Shown: one piece after another, positions 1-12,133 of the stretch
Numbering within the stretch: the stretch's first letter is position 1
Layout of the letters: each line of letters opens with the position of its first letter
Origin: Catajapyx aquilonaris
Taxonomy: Eukaryota
NCBI GenBank assembly: GCA_000934665.2
Contig: KZ539089.1
Coordinates: forward strand, 1-33,846
Length of the DNA: 33,846 nt
Reading direction: 5' to 3'
Position numbers and translations under genes: made by a program
The notes under the pieces: generated by a model
Told to the model about the DNA's origin: nothing
Database searches by the model: none
The model's input: the letters and a program-made list of their open reading frames with translations, nothing else

Positions 1-754
1 TCTGACCATGGTGTCTTTTTTAGACAGTTATTTGTACATCCCTCACATCTAGATAAAACCGAGTCTGGAACAGCCTGGGGAAACTGCGGTGGAATGGAGG
101 GGGGAAAATAAGCCTGACTTTTATATAAAGAAATGTTATACGGTCGTGTTGCCCTTTGCGTTAACTAGAATCCAAGATTCACTCCACTGATTCCATTAAT
201 AAACGAAATTTTAATGCAATTTCCAATTTTGGGCCACATTCTGAACGATTTTCGCCCACATATGGAATGAACTATTGACGAACACTAAATGCTATGATAG
301 CAGAGTTGGGTAACCGTAAATGCATTTATAAGGAGGGGTAAAGTTTTCGAGGTAACGGCCATTGCTCGATTTACACATGGCTGGGTTCACACGGGCATTG
401 TCTTTGTGAACTTTGTGGTTTGGAAATTCATATTAGACCCTTAATGCATAATCGACCCTGCTCAGTGATCTACACACATCAAAATGGTAATTCACATTTG
501 AAAACTTGTACAGTACACTCTAAAAAAATATTTCCAGTGAAAATGTCACTCAAAAAAATGAGCACTTTCTCAAAATGCTTTTGAGTGAATACTTTAACTC
601 AAATCGAGTGAGCCACATAAGAGTGAAAATGAGCGGTCAATTTCAGTGGTTTTTCGCTCGAATTGAGCAAAATTATTTACACTCAATTTGAGCCGCTGAG
701 TGGAAAATCGCTCAAAATTTTTTGATATGTCAATTACTTATGGAAAAAACCGAA

Positions 755-960
755 GCAAGTTGGTGTGGTGGTTAAGGAGCCCGACTGTTAATCGGGAGGT
801 CCTGGGTTCGAATCCCGGGGCCGGCAACCCTGACCGTGGTTTTCTGTGGTTTTCCACGGTCCCCCCAGGATAATTCCGGGGGTTGTTTCCGTATAATAGG
901 CCACAGCCGCCTCCTTCCTTCCCTACTTGGCCCCATCCAATGGTGGTACTCCACTCCCCT
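755..960 (+). mobile_element. tRNA-derived SINE (tRNA-Asn-like head)
   Basis: A box TGGTGTGGTGG, anticodon arm CCGA-CTGTTAA-TCGG and B box GGTTCGAATCC, followed by a body GGTTTTCTGTGGTTTTCC...GGCCACAGCCGCCTCCTTCCTTCCC. A second copy lies on the - strand at ~13600-13785. Ends are approximate. Confidence 0.85.
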
Positions 961-1754
961 AATAGAGCGCTGATTCTCCCATAAATAATCTTTTTTAAAT
1001 TATTTTTGGAAAAAAATCTGAGGAACTGATATGTCAAGATAGTACTTCGGTGGCTTAAAGCCTGAATTTTTGGGGGGATAAATAATGTACATATCGAAAT
1101 CGAAATATATGATCGAAACTTATTGACATGCCATACCAAGTCTATAAAAATTGATAAATACATTTCCTTCTCCCCTTTCCCTCAATATAATGTCTTCCTT
1201 AAGCCCTCTAGAAGGCAAGGTCTTCAATCAAAGACGTTTGTGTAATACGCCGGGAAATGAAATCTCCCGCAAGATACGCAGGATTTGGCTTCAAATCCCA
1301 TGTTCATCCTGGCCAAAACCAACAGTTCAATAATAGCTGACGACACTGACAGGTTTTCCGCCCACACACAATATTAGTTTTTTTTTCTTTTTTCTTTTCA
1401 TTCTCACATATTGGATACTCACATATGCAGTGTTTGTTACTCGTCAAACCCACGAAATCTGTGATCAAACAGTGGGAGTTCCTTTTTAAAGAGTGTGTAA
1501 GTGACATTGATGTCCTTTATGAACGCGGGATGGATAGGATAGAACCGGCCCTACGGCGTCATAACCAGGCAGTAATTGTTTTAATTCTATTTTTATCCGC
1601 TCGCAAAGTTTGCCCACAAAAGCGGATTGTTAGGCTTGAAAAAAAAAAAGCGACAAAAAAAAACGAATATTTAACCATGTAACGGTGGGCGAAGCACCGC
1701 ATTGGTCGTCACCTTGTACCGGTAAGTTCAGGGGTCCAATAGTGTAAATGGCGG

Positions 1755-1806
1755 TTGTGACCAACGTCAGACATTCTCATTTGTGACCAACGTCAGACAT
1801 TCTCAT
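1755..1806. repeat. Perfect 26-bp tandem duplication
   Basis: TTGTGACCAACGTCAGACATTCTCAT x2. Confidence 0.95.
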
Positions 1807-2371
1807 TTAAAATATTGTGCAAATGCAATTAAGTTTATTGTTGCCAACATTTAAATATATGGCGGTATAACCCGGGTGTTTACACGTGTTTTATCATTTC
1901 ATGTGTGCGGTAGTACCTGTAAATGTGTTTTTCAGTGTCCTAAACAGACTGATTGACGCCCTGAATTGCATGTTACAATTCCGTCAGTGGAAAAATTACG
2001 CAATTAAAACAAGTACAGTAATCCTGCTGTTGTGCTACACAATACATGTTTGTTCTGTTTGCGTCGTACCGGTATGCTTATGATTCCGCCTTTGCCATTA
2101 CAGAAAATTGCACTGACCTACTGTTGTACATACCAATGCGTTTTCATGTGGGCGAACTTACGTGGGAGGCTTTTTACTAGCTGGATGTTTGAACATGGAG
2201 GACATAAAAACCTAGAGAACCGCTTGCCTTTTCTAAAATATTGCCGGTCTACTTTCCGCGGTAATAGATAAACATAATTATGTATAGTGTCTACTAACAC
2301 TTATCCTGACTATTCATAGCAGTCCTGCACATCACGGGTGTACACTAGTGGCCTAACTGGTAGGATGAAGT

Positions 2372-2581
2372 CAGTGGCGGATCCAGCAAGTTTTTCTAGG
2401 GGGGGGGGGCGCAGGGCCCGCCGCAGGCGAATTTTTTCGGTTCAAGGTCACAACCCTTCCTCGCAATGGGGCAATTTGGGGCGAGTTTCCCCCGCGTTTT
2501 TTTCTTTTCTTCCTTTTTTTCCCCTCTGGGGGGGCCATAGGGGGGGCGATCGCCCCTTCGCCCCCCCTGGATCCGCCCCTG
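2372..2581. mobile_element. hAT-type MITE
   Basis: TIRs CAGTGGCGGATCCAG / CTGGATCCGCCCCTG; 8-bp TSD GATGAAGT (2364-2371) / GATGAAAT (2582-2589), 7/8 identical. Confidence 0.85.
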
Positions 2582-3634
2582 GATGAAATACTTTGAATAA
2601 TGATATTGTACCCGATTTTTACTTACCAGAAATGGTAAGTAGGTCTAAGAAAACGCGTTCAAAGAGCTCATCCCTTCAAAGAGGTCACAAGGCGTGTATA
2701 TAGCCAAGTCGGATATCGTCAAAGGTGACAAGCCCAAGGCGGGCTGACGAATGAATCGTCGTGGGAAAGGGGACAAGTGGCGTCCCGGGCGTCGTCGTCA
2801 AGTTGTGGCCAAAGTAAAGGTGTTTCCACCCACGTTTGCATGGCAATCTTATGAGTCGAGTCTCTTGGACCCAACCTCTGGGGCCCCGGGGGTCATTTCC
2901 GAAATGTTGTGTGACCTGCTTTTCTTCCCAGAGGCGACATCCTGTTGCTTACAAATCCGATGAAGGGACTGGGGAGATATGTTTTATTTCATGCTGAATG
3001 ATCAAGGCTTTGATCTGAGGTCAGAGGTCTTGGGAGGGGGATTATAGGGAAACATGTCGTCAACCCTTAGCTAGGATTTGAATCCGCGGCGCTGATGGAT
3101 TAGTTACTCCCGCGCAATCTAGGCGTGATTAATCGGCTAAATTCAACGGAACTTGGTTCATTGAGTTGCATACTGTAGAGCTATCCTAAAAATAGCTGTT
3201 GATGGAAGGGTACGAAAATAATATTTAAAAAACAAATTCACTATGAAACCTTTGCCGTACCCTGCCTATTGTAGAAACAATGCATTGTATTTCCGTACTT
3301 CTTCAGGTAGGCAGATTTGCATACAACGCTTTGTTGTTTTGACAGTGTTCATATGATAAGCAAAATATGCCTCGAATTCCCAGTTCACATAAGGGCAATG
3401 TGTGTTATCCTTTGCTGCCTTTGTTTTCTCTGGCTCTGCCTCATTACATTATGGTCGGTTATAGGCTTTACATGTGCATAAAAGTCTGCATATAAAAGAT
3501 CAAATTATGGTAGGCGTATACATAGCCGCTGGAAAAATAACGCCACGAAATTACGTCGCGGTGCATTATAGGGAATATGGCCGAAGATATTATGGAGTAA
3601 TTTATTTGTACTTACATAATATGAATTATAAAAT

Positions 3635-3937
3635 ACTAGCTGCGGCACCCGGCGCGGCGTTGCCCGGGAAGAAATGAATGAACCTGCCAGTAGCCCCGTC
3701 AACTGTCTGTCTTTCTGTGTGACCGGATATCAATGCCATCTGTGGTCCTCCTACTCCAACACCTTTAACCTCTCCCGCCTGTATAACGGCAACCGTCATT
3801 TGCCTGCCATCTGTCGTCAACCCCCAAAACCTCCATCCTCTCCCGGCCGGGGGGTGGACAACAGATGGCAGGCAAATGACGATTGGAAGGCGGACAGACA
3901 GACAGACTCACAAACGGCTTTATTTATATAGATAGAT
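3635..3937 (+). mobile_element. DINE-1/Helentron-associated non-autonomous element
   Basis: Starts ACTAG...ACCCGGC..GTTGCCCGGG, has an internal inverted repeat (CGTCATTTGCCTGCCATCTGT / ACAGATGGCAGGCAAATGACG) and a (GACA)n microsatellite, and ends TTTATATAGAT. A related inverted copy is at 10026-10236. Confidence 0.75.
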
Positions 3938-5301
3938 TATGGAGTAATTTATTTGTACTTACAGTAACGGAAACATTAAAATTTTCTGTTTATTACACTT
4001 AAGGTCGACCTGGAAAAATAAAGTTAGTGGTTTAGGTTGAAGAATTTGAGAATGCCAGTAATGAGTACGACGTTGAACTTGGCCGTATTTCAGATCTCAC
4101 CACTTTTGACGGCCAAGCAGTCAGGAGAACTTGGCCTTTTTTTTTACAGAAAGGTTTTTGGTGGGATTGTTATTGAAATATTCAATTATAAGTTGTGCAC
4201 TTTAACTGCTAAAATCTTAAGCGTTGAATGGGGCCAAGGCTGAGCTAAAATTACATATATTATTTAAAAAAGCGAGCATTACTGTAGTTTACTTAGGACG
4301 CGAATCGCAGGCGTCTCAGAATAAATCAAAAATGATCCCTAAAAGTGTACGAACTTAGCATCGGCTGCTAAAAACACCTTAATTTTTTTGTCTTATTTTA
4401 ACGGTGAAACCCGCCCATCGAATCAGACCTCGAAGGTCTCTTAGGGGGGGGGCTCTGCATATTTGCTCTTATAAACGAGCCATTCGCCCTTCATGCTCCC
4501 AAAGTTTATTTCTGGAAAACGTGATTGGACTCAACGAGGGCAATGATCTCCTTGGAGAATAAAAATTCTCACTTTTGTCTTAATAATCAAGGAAGAAGAA
4601 AAAAAAACTTATGAGAATTGCAAGTGACAGAGGCGTTAAGAATAGACTGTATAATCCCAGAGAGGATTAGGCAAATTACGTGAAAAGTACCATCTGAACG
4701 CAACATCTCGATTACTGAACTAAAATTACCGTAGCACAGGGAATAATAGGATTGGCACACATTATTATCATAATGGGGGAAAAAAAGGCGGGGGAAGATT
4801 ATTATAGAGGGTGTTGGCTTCTATAAAGGTGACATTTTGTTGCCCTTTCGATTGTTGAGAAAGGTTGTGGACAATATTCATGGCTTGTGTAATATATTGT
4901 GACACCATGAGGTCATAGTTCTAGTTTGTATAATATGGAGCAAGACGTTGTAATGGCGTGTGTCCAGACCATTCGTATTGTCGGACTTATTCTCTGTGCT
5001 CGAGATGTCCAGTCAACTTGATGCATGTCAGGCAATGAACTAAAAGTGTTGTGACCTTGATTTTCTGAAACTAATGACCTCTCCCCGTAAAGCTTGCCTA
5101 CTGATTGATAGCCATGAACTTTTGCAATAAATCGTTTCTCTCAACAATTAATAACAATGAAAAATATGATCCTACCACGAAACTTTTAGGGTGAATGTCC
5201 CTTAGCAACCCTAACCTACGCCACTAACACCCACGAATTTGCACAACTTTTGTCATTAGACCAAGATATGCAGAACGATCATTTGTGACTATACTTATCA
5301 G

Positions 5302-5400
5302 TGGGGGCTTAACGTCGGCCTATTTCTGCTGCTAAGGCACCGACGCGACGCCTCCTCCTGGAAATTTGGCCACTCTGGGGATCTTTAACGTGCACTCGCG
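5302..5400 (-). mobile_element. 3' fragment of a Ruka/MetaSINE-like SINE
   Basis: The minus strand reads GTGCACGTTAAAGATCCCCAGAGTGGCCAAATTTCC...GACGTTAAGCCCC, resembling from memory the conserved core and tail of Ruka-type arthropod SINEs. No tRNA head is visible. Confidence 0.55.
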
Positions 5401-5460
5401 CAATGTCGCAATGTGACTCTGATCATTCTGTAGTCTCTTTTTTTGTTCAAATTTAATTGC

Positions 5461-5915
5461 TGGACGATCATTAATCAACAACATTTGTCACAATTAAATT
5501 TGCACAAAAAGCGAAAAAACGAAAAAACGAAAAACGGGAAACGGGAAAAAACGAAAAAAAACGAAAAACGGAAAAAACGAGAAACTAAACGTGCACTTTT
5601 AGTTTCTCGTTTTTCGTTTTTCTCCGTTTTTCGTTTTTTTTCGTTTTTTCCCGTTTCCCGTTTTTCGTTTTTTCGGTTTTTCGTTTTTTGTGCAAATTTA
5701 ATTGCTGAACGATCATTAATCAACAACATTTGTCACAATTAAATTTGCACAAAAAAACGAAAAACGGAACACGGAACACGGAAAACGGGAAAAACGAAAA
5801 AAACCGAGAAACTAAACGTGCACTTTTAGTTTCTCGTTTTTCGTTTTTTCCCGTTTCCCGTTTTTTCGTTTTTTGTGCAAATTTAATTGTGTCACTGTTG
5901 ATTAATGATCGTCCA
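5461..5915. repeat. Two tandem long palindromes with (GA4-7C)n arms inside 20-bp terminal inverted repeats
   Basis: Units 5491-5704 and 5736-5889 are each centred on GAGAAACTAAACGTGCACTTTTAGTTTCTC and bounded by CAATTAAATTTGCACAAAAA and its reverse complement. Outer IR: TGGACGATCATTAATCAACA (5461) / TGTTGATTAATGATCGTCCA (5896-5915). Confidence 0.9.
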
Positions 5916-6115
5916 TTCTCGCCATGATCGCTGTTTCTTGTCAGCTTACGTGACCGCGACGCACCGTACGCAAGAGAGTAATAATTATTGACCCTCTCGC
6001 CCCCCCTGTCAGTAACCCCATGTTTTGCATTCTTTAGGGCGACAAGGGGTGTCGCTGGGTACACTCAATATCCTGGTTGTGTACAGTGTCCGCTATATGC
6101 GCACCCCCCCCCCCC

Positions 6116-6365
6116 NNNNNNNNNNNNNNNNNNNNNNNNNNNNNNNNNNNNNNNNNNNNNNNNNNNNNNNNNNNNNNNNNNNNNNNNNNNNNNNNNNNNN
6201 NNNNNNNNNNNNNNNNNNNNNNNNNNNNNNNNNNNNNNNNNNNNNNNNNNNNNNNNNNNNNNNNNNNNNNNNNNNNNNNNNNNNNNNNNNNNNNNNNNNN
6301 NNNNNNNNNNNNNNNNNNNNNNNNNNNNNNNNNNNNNNNNNNNNNNNNNNNNNNNNNNNNNNNNN
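6116..6365. other. Assembly gap (250 N) between poly-C and poly-G
   Basis: N run. Confidence 1.
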
Positions 6366-6946
6366 GGGGGGGGGGGGGATCGATCCCAGGCTTGTCAGTG
6401 CATGCCACTAATTACGTCACTAGGGTGCTTTATGTAGTAGGGGTGCTATTGTGTCCGAACTACTGATGGAGAAAAAGAGTGCGAACTTTCATTAACTCCG
6501 AAGTTAATTTTAGATCAGATCAGTTGACGTCACGTTAGCCCGAACCAGTCACGGTCCGTCACGCTAGTGTCACGGCGACTAGTAGGCGCAATATTTAAAT
6601 CCATAACCGACCAGGACTGAATTTAAAATGTGACTATAATTTTCCGCTTTTCACCCGACATGCCGGGGCAGAATTGCACTCCCTACTCTGCCCAGGGCCA
6701 GGAGAAAAGGCCTGGTGCATTTCAGAAAGTCAGACATGACTATAATTACAGCGCCCTCTCTTATTGGGAATGGGAACCTCCCCTTCCCCCCAAAGAAGGA
6801 TCAGCCCTATCACGGGGTAAACTAAATAAAAAATATATATTTAAAAATGTGCCTATATAATTGAAATAATCGCGTATAATAAAATTTTAGGGATATTTTT
6901 ATGGGCAAGTAAAAAACTAGGGCAAGAACTAAAAATGTAGTATTTA

Positions 6947-7073
6947 GGGCCGGTTTCACCGAGCTTGGTATATGATAAAACCAGGTTTCTTTAGGAAAAT
7001 CCCATACAAATAGATAGGGATTTTGAGAAAGAACCCTGGTTTTATCATATACTGAGCTCGGTGAAACTGGCCC
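6947..7073. mobile_element. PIF/Harbinger (Tourist-like) MITE
   Basis: ~45-bp imperfect TIRs GGGCCGGTTTCACCGAGCT... / ...AGCTCGGTGAAACTGGCCC; TTA target-site duplication on both sides. Confidence 0.85.
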
Positions 7074-7087
7074 TTATAGTGTATATG

Positions 7088-7336
7088 CAGGGTGTTAATC
7101 CTAAGCGTGTCACCTGGTAGAGGGCGCACGTGTGAGCATTTTTGCATAAGGAACTAGGGGTCGGAAACGCACCCTCACCGACTTACGCCCCCTTTTCAAG
7201 TTTGCGGCAGGCAGTGTGCAAGAGGCGTGACTCGGTGAGGGTGCGTTTCCGACCCCTAGTTTCTTATGCAAAAATGCTCACACGTGCGCCCTCTACCACC
7301 ACCTTTTCTGGTGACACGCTTAGGATTAACACCCTG
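7088..7336. mobile_element. Tc1/mariner-type palindromic MITE
   Basis: ~100-bp arms CAGGGTGTTAATCCTAAGCGTGTCACC... / ...GGTGACACGCTTAGGATTAACACCCTG; TA on the right flank, TG on the left. Confidence 0.8.
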
Positions 7337-7550
7337 TATGTAGCCTACAAGTGTCTTATTGGCGGGGATGCCAAACGCTGAAGTCGCGCGAATGGGGCGA
7401 AGTCCTTCACGGTGGTTGCGGGTGGACGAAGCCCTCATATATGACTCTATGCATATCTATTATTTCTAGTTACGTCAAATATTCCACAGGGTGCCACTCG
7501 CGTCAGAAACGTCTCTCTCGTTCTTTTTTTTTATTGGGGGGGGGGGGGGG

Positions 7551-7715
7551 NNNNNNNNNNNNNNNNNNNNNNNNNNNNNNNNNNNNNNNNNNNNNNNNNN
7601 NNNNNNNNNNNNNNNNNNNNNNNNNNNNNNNNNNNNNNNNNNNNNNNNNNNNNNNNNNNNNNNNNNNNNNNNNNNNNNNNNNNNNNNNNNNNNNNNNNNN
7701 NNNNNNNNNNNNNNN
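7551..7715. other. Assembly gap (165 N)
   Basis: N run flanked by poly-G and poly-T. Confidence 1.
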
Positions 7716-7725
7716 TTTTTTTTGG

Positions 7726-7766
<41 letters not shown>

Positions 7767-8203
7767 GACTGGTTATGGATTCAACGAAGTGAATATTATT
7801 TTTGAGTTCAAATTTTTGTTTACTTGCTATGCGTTAGCCTGTTCAAATATGCAGTTAATTCATATATGAGTGTGCCATGTACGTCGCAAATCTATAGCGT
7901 GTCATTATTAAACAGAAAGCGGGCGGTACATCTCGAGGAATGGTTTTAAAAATTCAGGAGAGAACGTCGGATATAAGCGAGAGAAACTCCGAAAGAACCA
8001 TCTGAATTATTTGCTACCGAATCCTCTCAGTCCGTCGCTATCTGTTTGCCTCCAGAAGAGCAAACTTAAGGCCAAGTATGACAAAATCTGATCCGATGTT
8101 TCCGGTGGAGACCCCCAAAATTATTGATGAGAACTTTTGGGCCGAATTAGTAGGAGGTTAAATTATTTCGATATTTGCAGGGTGGGCTACACGTACCGAC
8201 AAC

Positions 8204-9476
8204 ATGGGTCCATCGACGTCTCCATGGCTCTTGACCCTGCTCATACTCAGCGTGTCTTCCCGTCACGTATGGGAACGCCCAGGATGTCACAAAGTTGGTA
8301 AGTGCACTAATCCATGTCTCCATGGTGATGACATGTACAACCTGAGCCTGCACTTCATTTTTTGTCAAATAGCAAGGTACAGGGTGTGCATGCAGGTTCA
8401 TGAACCTGATCGAATTCTTTAGCCCCCGAGTACATAAGGAATATGCCTGACCCTCATTTCATATTCAGCACGACAACAGATGCGTGACTTAATTAGGCCA
8501 CATTTTAGCACGGTATGGCAGTGAAACATTTTTTGAGGGGGGGGGAAATACAAAAAAAAATTGGGACAAACATTTTAAGATTGATTGAGTGCCATAATTA
8601 GTTTAGCTGATAAGTGTGTGGTTATTCCCGGTGTGATTGCAAGGCGGACCACTCTTTCAATTTCCGTTCAATTTAACCCTGATATTTTCGACAGCGACGG
8701 TCGTGTCCGCCATACCGATGTACTGTAAAGGGACCTTTTTCTGACCTTCCTCGTGTTATGGCCTGAGATTTTCAATATGAATCATTCATGTGGAATTGGC
8801 CAAACTCTCGACCTTGCTTTTTGACCCACTCTCAAGGGAATTAGGGCAAATCTTACTTGGGAATCCATATGGTGATGAGGATGATGTTTCCCATAGACTA
8901 TTGGATGTGTGGGATGCCTTTAAAGACGGTTCACACTGTCGGAAATAATTGTGTAGATAAGTTATCCTCCTGAGACCCCTGGTACAGTATACTGTACCAG
9001 GGGTCTAGCATAATTTAATCCAATAATGTTTATGGTTGCGTGGTAATTATTTCAAACGGTGCGTTACATAGTGTTACATGAAGCGGGTAATGAGTTTATT
9101 GGCGGTAATGTGTGTACCAAATGATGTAATTTCCGTTGTCAGGTCACACCAGGACTGTTTCCATCGCCGACTGCGTTGAATTCAGAGTCTCCACTAATGC
9201 TTGTAGAGGATTTTGCGAATCCTGGTCCGTTCCATCAGTATGGGCGACTGTCCAGCTTAATTCTGGACAGTCAGTCACTTCTGTTGGACAGTGCTGCAAC
9301 ATCATGGAAACCGAGGACGTACGTGAATTTTGTTTGAAATATTTATAAAAGTGCAATTATGGTGTTTTTTTTAAATTCTTCAGGTGAGAGTACGGGTGAT
9401 GTGCCTGGACGGACCTCGAGACCTGGTATTCAAATCGGCATCGAGCTGCTCTTGCTTCCACTGCAAAAAGGACTGA
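8204..9476 (+). CDS. GPA2: Glycoprotein hormone alpha-2 (thyrostimulin alpha-type cystine-knot subunit), 120 aa
   Basis: Exons 8204-8297, 9143-9318 and 9384-9476 with GT-AG introns and a continuous frame. Signal peptide, then WERPGCHKVGHTRTVSIADCVEFRVSTNACRGFCESWSVPS...GQCCNIMETEDVRVRVMCLDGPRDLVFKSASSCSCFHCKKD (10 Cys). AATAAA at 9531. Confidence 0.96.
8973..9006. repeat. Perfect 34-bp palindrome in GPA2 intron
   Basis: AGACCCCTGGTACAGTA|TACTGTACCAGGGGTCT. Confidence 0.95.
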
Positions 9477-10025
9477 TTTCAACTATCAGCTACCTATTGA
9501 CCTTCTGTTCTTCACACTCTTCCTATATACAATAAATTTATCTTTCACTTCTACACGCATAACGTGTCCATTTATTTACTCCCGAACAAACGATGTACTG
9601 ATGACATACCCTAAGTACTTTGATCTTCCCCATGATTTTTCTGATAAGAAAAAAGTGTTTCATCCACAGGCGTTACCTTCACGAACCTCGCGATTATTGA
9701 TGGCATTATCCTGTTAGACGCTTTTAAAAAATAAGGTTCCTAGAGGGAGATCGATTTGCTCAATAGACACACTATGTAAGGGCTTTTGCTTAACACTAAA
9801 CCCACTTCCTGCCACTCTGTTCAAGTTTAGGAGGTTTCGGAGGCGAACAAAGTGTAATGGACTCGTGACACAGCATCTCATCATATCTTGATCCTATGAT
9901 GGGAGCCTCGAAACGTAGTACGTGGTATCGACATCGGTGACGCCATCTTGTCCTATTAGACTCGTGAAATGTTGTGGACAACCGCTTCCTGTTCTAGTTT
10001 GTGTTACTAGATGACGCTGACAACT

Positions 10026-10236
10026 TCTATATAAATAAAGCCGTTTGTGATCTGTCTGTCTGTCTGTCTGTCCGCCTGGAACGCCGACCGTCATTTGCCT
10101 GCCATCTGTGGTCCGCCTCCTACACCTCCAACCTTTCCGACCCGGCCTTCCTTTAATTAAGATTCTTAATTACATTTATTTTTTGCCTGTCATTTTCAGC
10201 TTGCTTTCCCGAGCAACGCCGGGTGTCGCAACTAGT
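10026..10236 (-). mobile_element. DINE-1/Helentron-associated element, second shorter copy
   Basis: Reverse complement of the ends of 3635-3937: TCTATATAAATAAAGCCGTTTGTGA-(TCTG)n...GCAACGCCGGGTGTCGCAACTAGT. Confidence 0.75.
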
Positions 10237-10571
10237 TTTAAATAAAAATGAGGGCCAATCGACTCTTCGCGGTAACAATAGACGGGGGCCAATCGGAAGC
10301 GTGGCAGTAACAACTATGCAGCGGACCAATCAGAAGGCTTATACAAACAACGCAAGGATTTTAATATTATAGAGATTGTCGTATTAGCAGCTAATATTTA
10401 GAAGATTAGTGCCATATTTGTGCATTTGTACATTAAATATTTTACATATATATCCGCGCTACCTAACCCACTTTCAGATTACTGATAGTACTGTAACATA
10501 CCACACTGATGGCTTACAGCTGATTGAGGTAAGAATCGACAAACTGCCATGTTTGCTTGTTTCTGCATAAA

Positions 10572-10633
10572 CCACTAGAGGGCGCTAGTTCAAGGGCCAC
10601 TAGATGGCGCGTGCCACTAGCTCCATCTACTGG
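10572..10633. promoter_or_regulatory. Cluster of three CTCF-like motifs (candidate insulator)
   Basis: CCACTAGAGGGCGCTA (10572,+), CCACTAGATGGCGC (10597,+) and CCAGTAGATGGAGCTA (10633,-) match the CCASYAGRKGGCR core; motif evidence only. Confidence 0.55.
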
Positions 10634-12133
10634 GCACTTCCACAGCTGATATCTTCCAATCCCCCCTTCTTCTGGAAGGAAACGAATTACGATAGTACCT
10701 ATCTCAGAACCAGTCCCCTTCTGGTAGTCAGGGTAACGCCGCTTTTTTCATTTGTAGGTGACCCCAGGGTTGAATGCAAATTAGCCAATCATACATTTTG
10801 GGGGGGGGAAGGGCGGCACATTAGACCGATAGTATCAGGAAATAGCGAGAGGGGGGACCCCCTAGCAACAGTGTATCACAGCCCCTTGAAGCACAAGTCC
10901 ATTCGGAGGAAACATGAGATTTCGTTCAAACTCATTTCCTGTTGCCAGTTATCCAATCCGATCCAATCAGGTTTTTATAGCCTTTTTCCTTACATATCTA
11001 TAAATGGGCCGGTTATGTAATAGCAACATTTACTCGGAAAATGTCAGATTTACAGTCCACTACCTGGCACACTATAATAAGAAAGCAGTAATATCAGTTG
11101 CTTACACATTCAGTAAAGGACAGTCATTTTATTTTCTCACATATGCAAATAGTAACAAAGGAATTAATCCACACTACCTTGTAATACATATTATTTTTTT
11201 GTACAAAGAGTTTAAAATAAAAGTGGATAGGACATATGTACACGACAGAAGATAGCGGATTCTACAAAGCATATTGCCAATTATTCACTTATGTCCATAG
11301 TGTCGTACCATTCTTTATGAGCGGTACTGTACATACAAGTCCACCGCATTAAATATTCAGCACTAGATGGACAACCTATGGGGTATTTACACTTTGGTGT
11401 TCGGCTTACAATAAAAAAGTAACCTTCTTTGACAAAGAAAGGGTTAAAATGACATTACCGAAAATTACCTGCTGTAATTTAATTTAAACCGAATTAGATC
11501 CACTTTTCCAGCATGAAATTGCTCAAGAAGCGTGACAGATTTCTCATAGTTATGCATTGTCTTGTGGAACAGTAATTGAAGTAAGAAAGGACTGGTTTTA
11601 AGATTTTTAAAGGTTGGCCTAAATCTGATTTACTTTCTAAAATTACATTATAGACACATCACGACACGTCCTACAGCTATGATTGGCCGAATTTACCAGC
11701 AATAGTGAAGCATTCTACATTCGGATAAAAACGGGCTGATCACAGGCTTGACCTCGGGTCATGACCTACCAGATCCTACAGGTCAGCCTCGCCCTGCTTT
11801 CACAAAGTCCGTCACTTTCCGCTCACTCGTGGTCAGGCCTGTGACCTCAACGTACCGTTGTTATCTGAGTCAGGGTTTCACACAGGTGTCGTTGTCGTTC
11901 GTCGTTGCGATGCCCCCAACGACGCCCGTATGAACCCAGCCGCATACAGGAACGGCAACAGCAAATTAGAAAATAGTTTGATCCGCCTTGCACCAACAGC
12001 ACCATTTTGTACCTCTAGAAAGTAACGTACAGCAATTTGATAAGAGCAAACTAAACGGTACGGATCCGGATATTAGTGAGCAGCAGAACTGTATTGTCCT
12101 CCATTATTTTTAAATTCAGATCCGGATACAGCA

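Noticed and set aside
755..830. Functional tRNA-Asn gene (likewise the tRNA-like heads at 19436, 20650 and 21650)
   Set aside because: Acceptor stems do not pair and the sequences run into repeat bodies, so they are treated as SINE-type heads.
516..1496. Possible TIR element ACACTCTAAAAAAA ... TTTTTAAAGAGTGT with ACTCA/TGAGT subterminal motifs
   Set aside because: The match is short and imperfect, subterminal motifs occur on one side only, and there is no clear TSD.
5443..6064. Lys/Phe-rich ORFs on both strands
   Set aside because: Artefacts of the palindromic A/T microsatellite arms.
5988..7869. ORFs containing long X runs
   Set aside because: They span assembly gaps.
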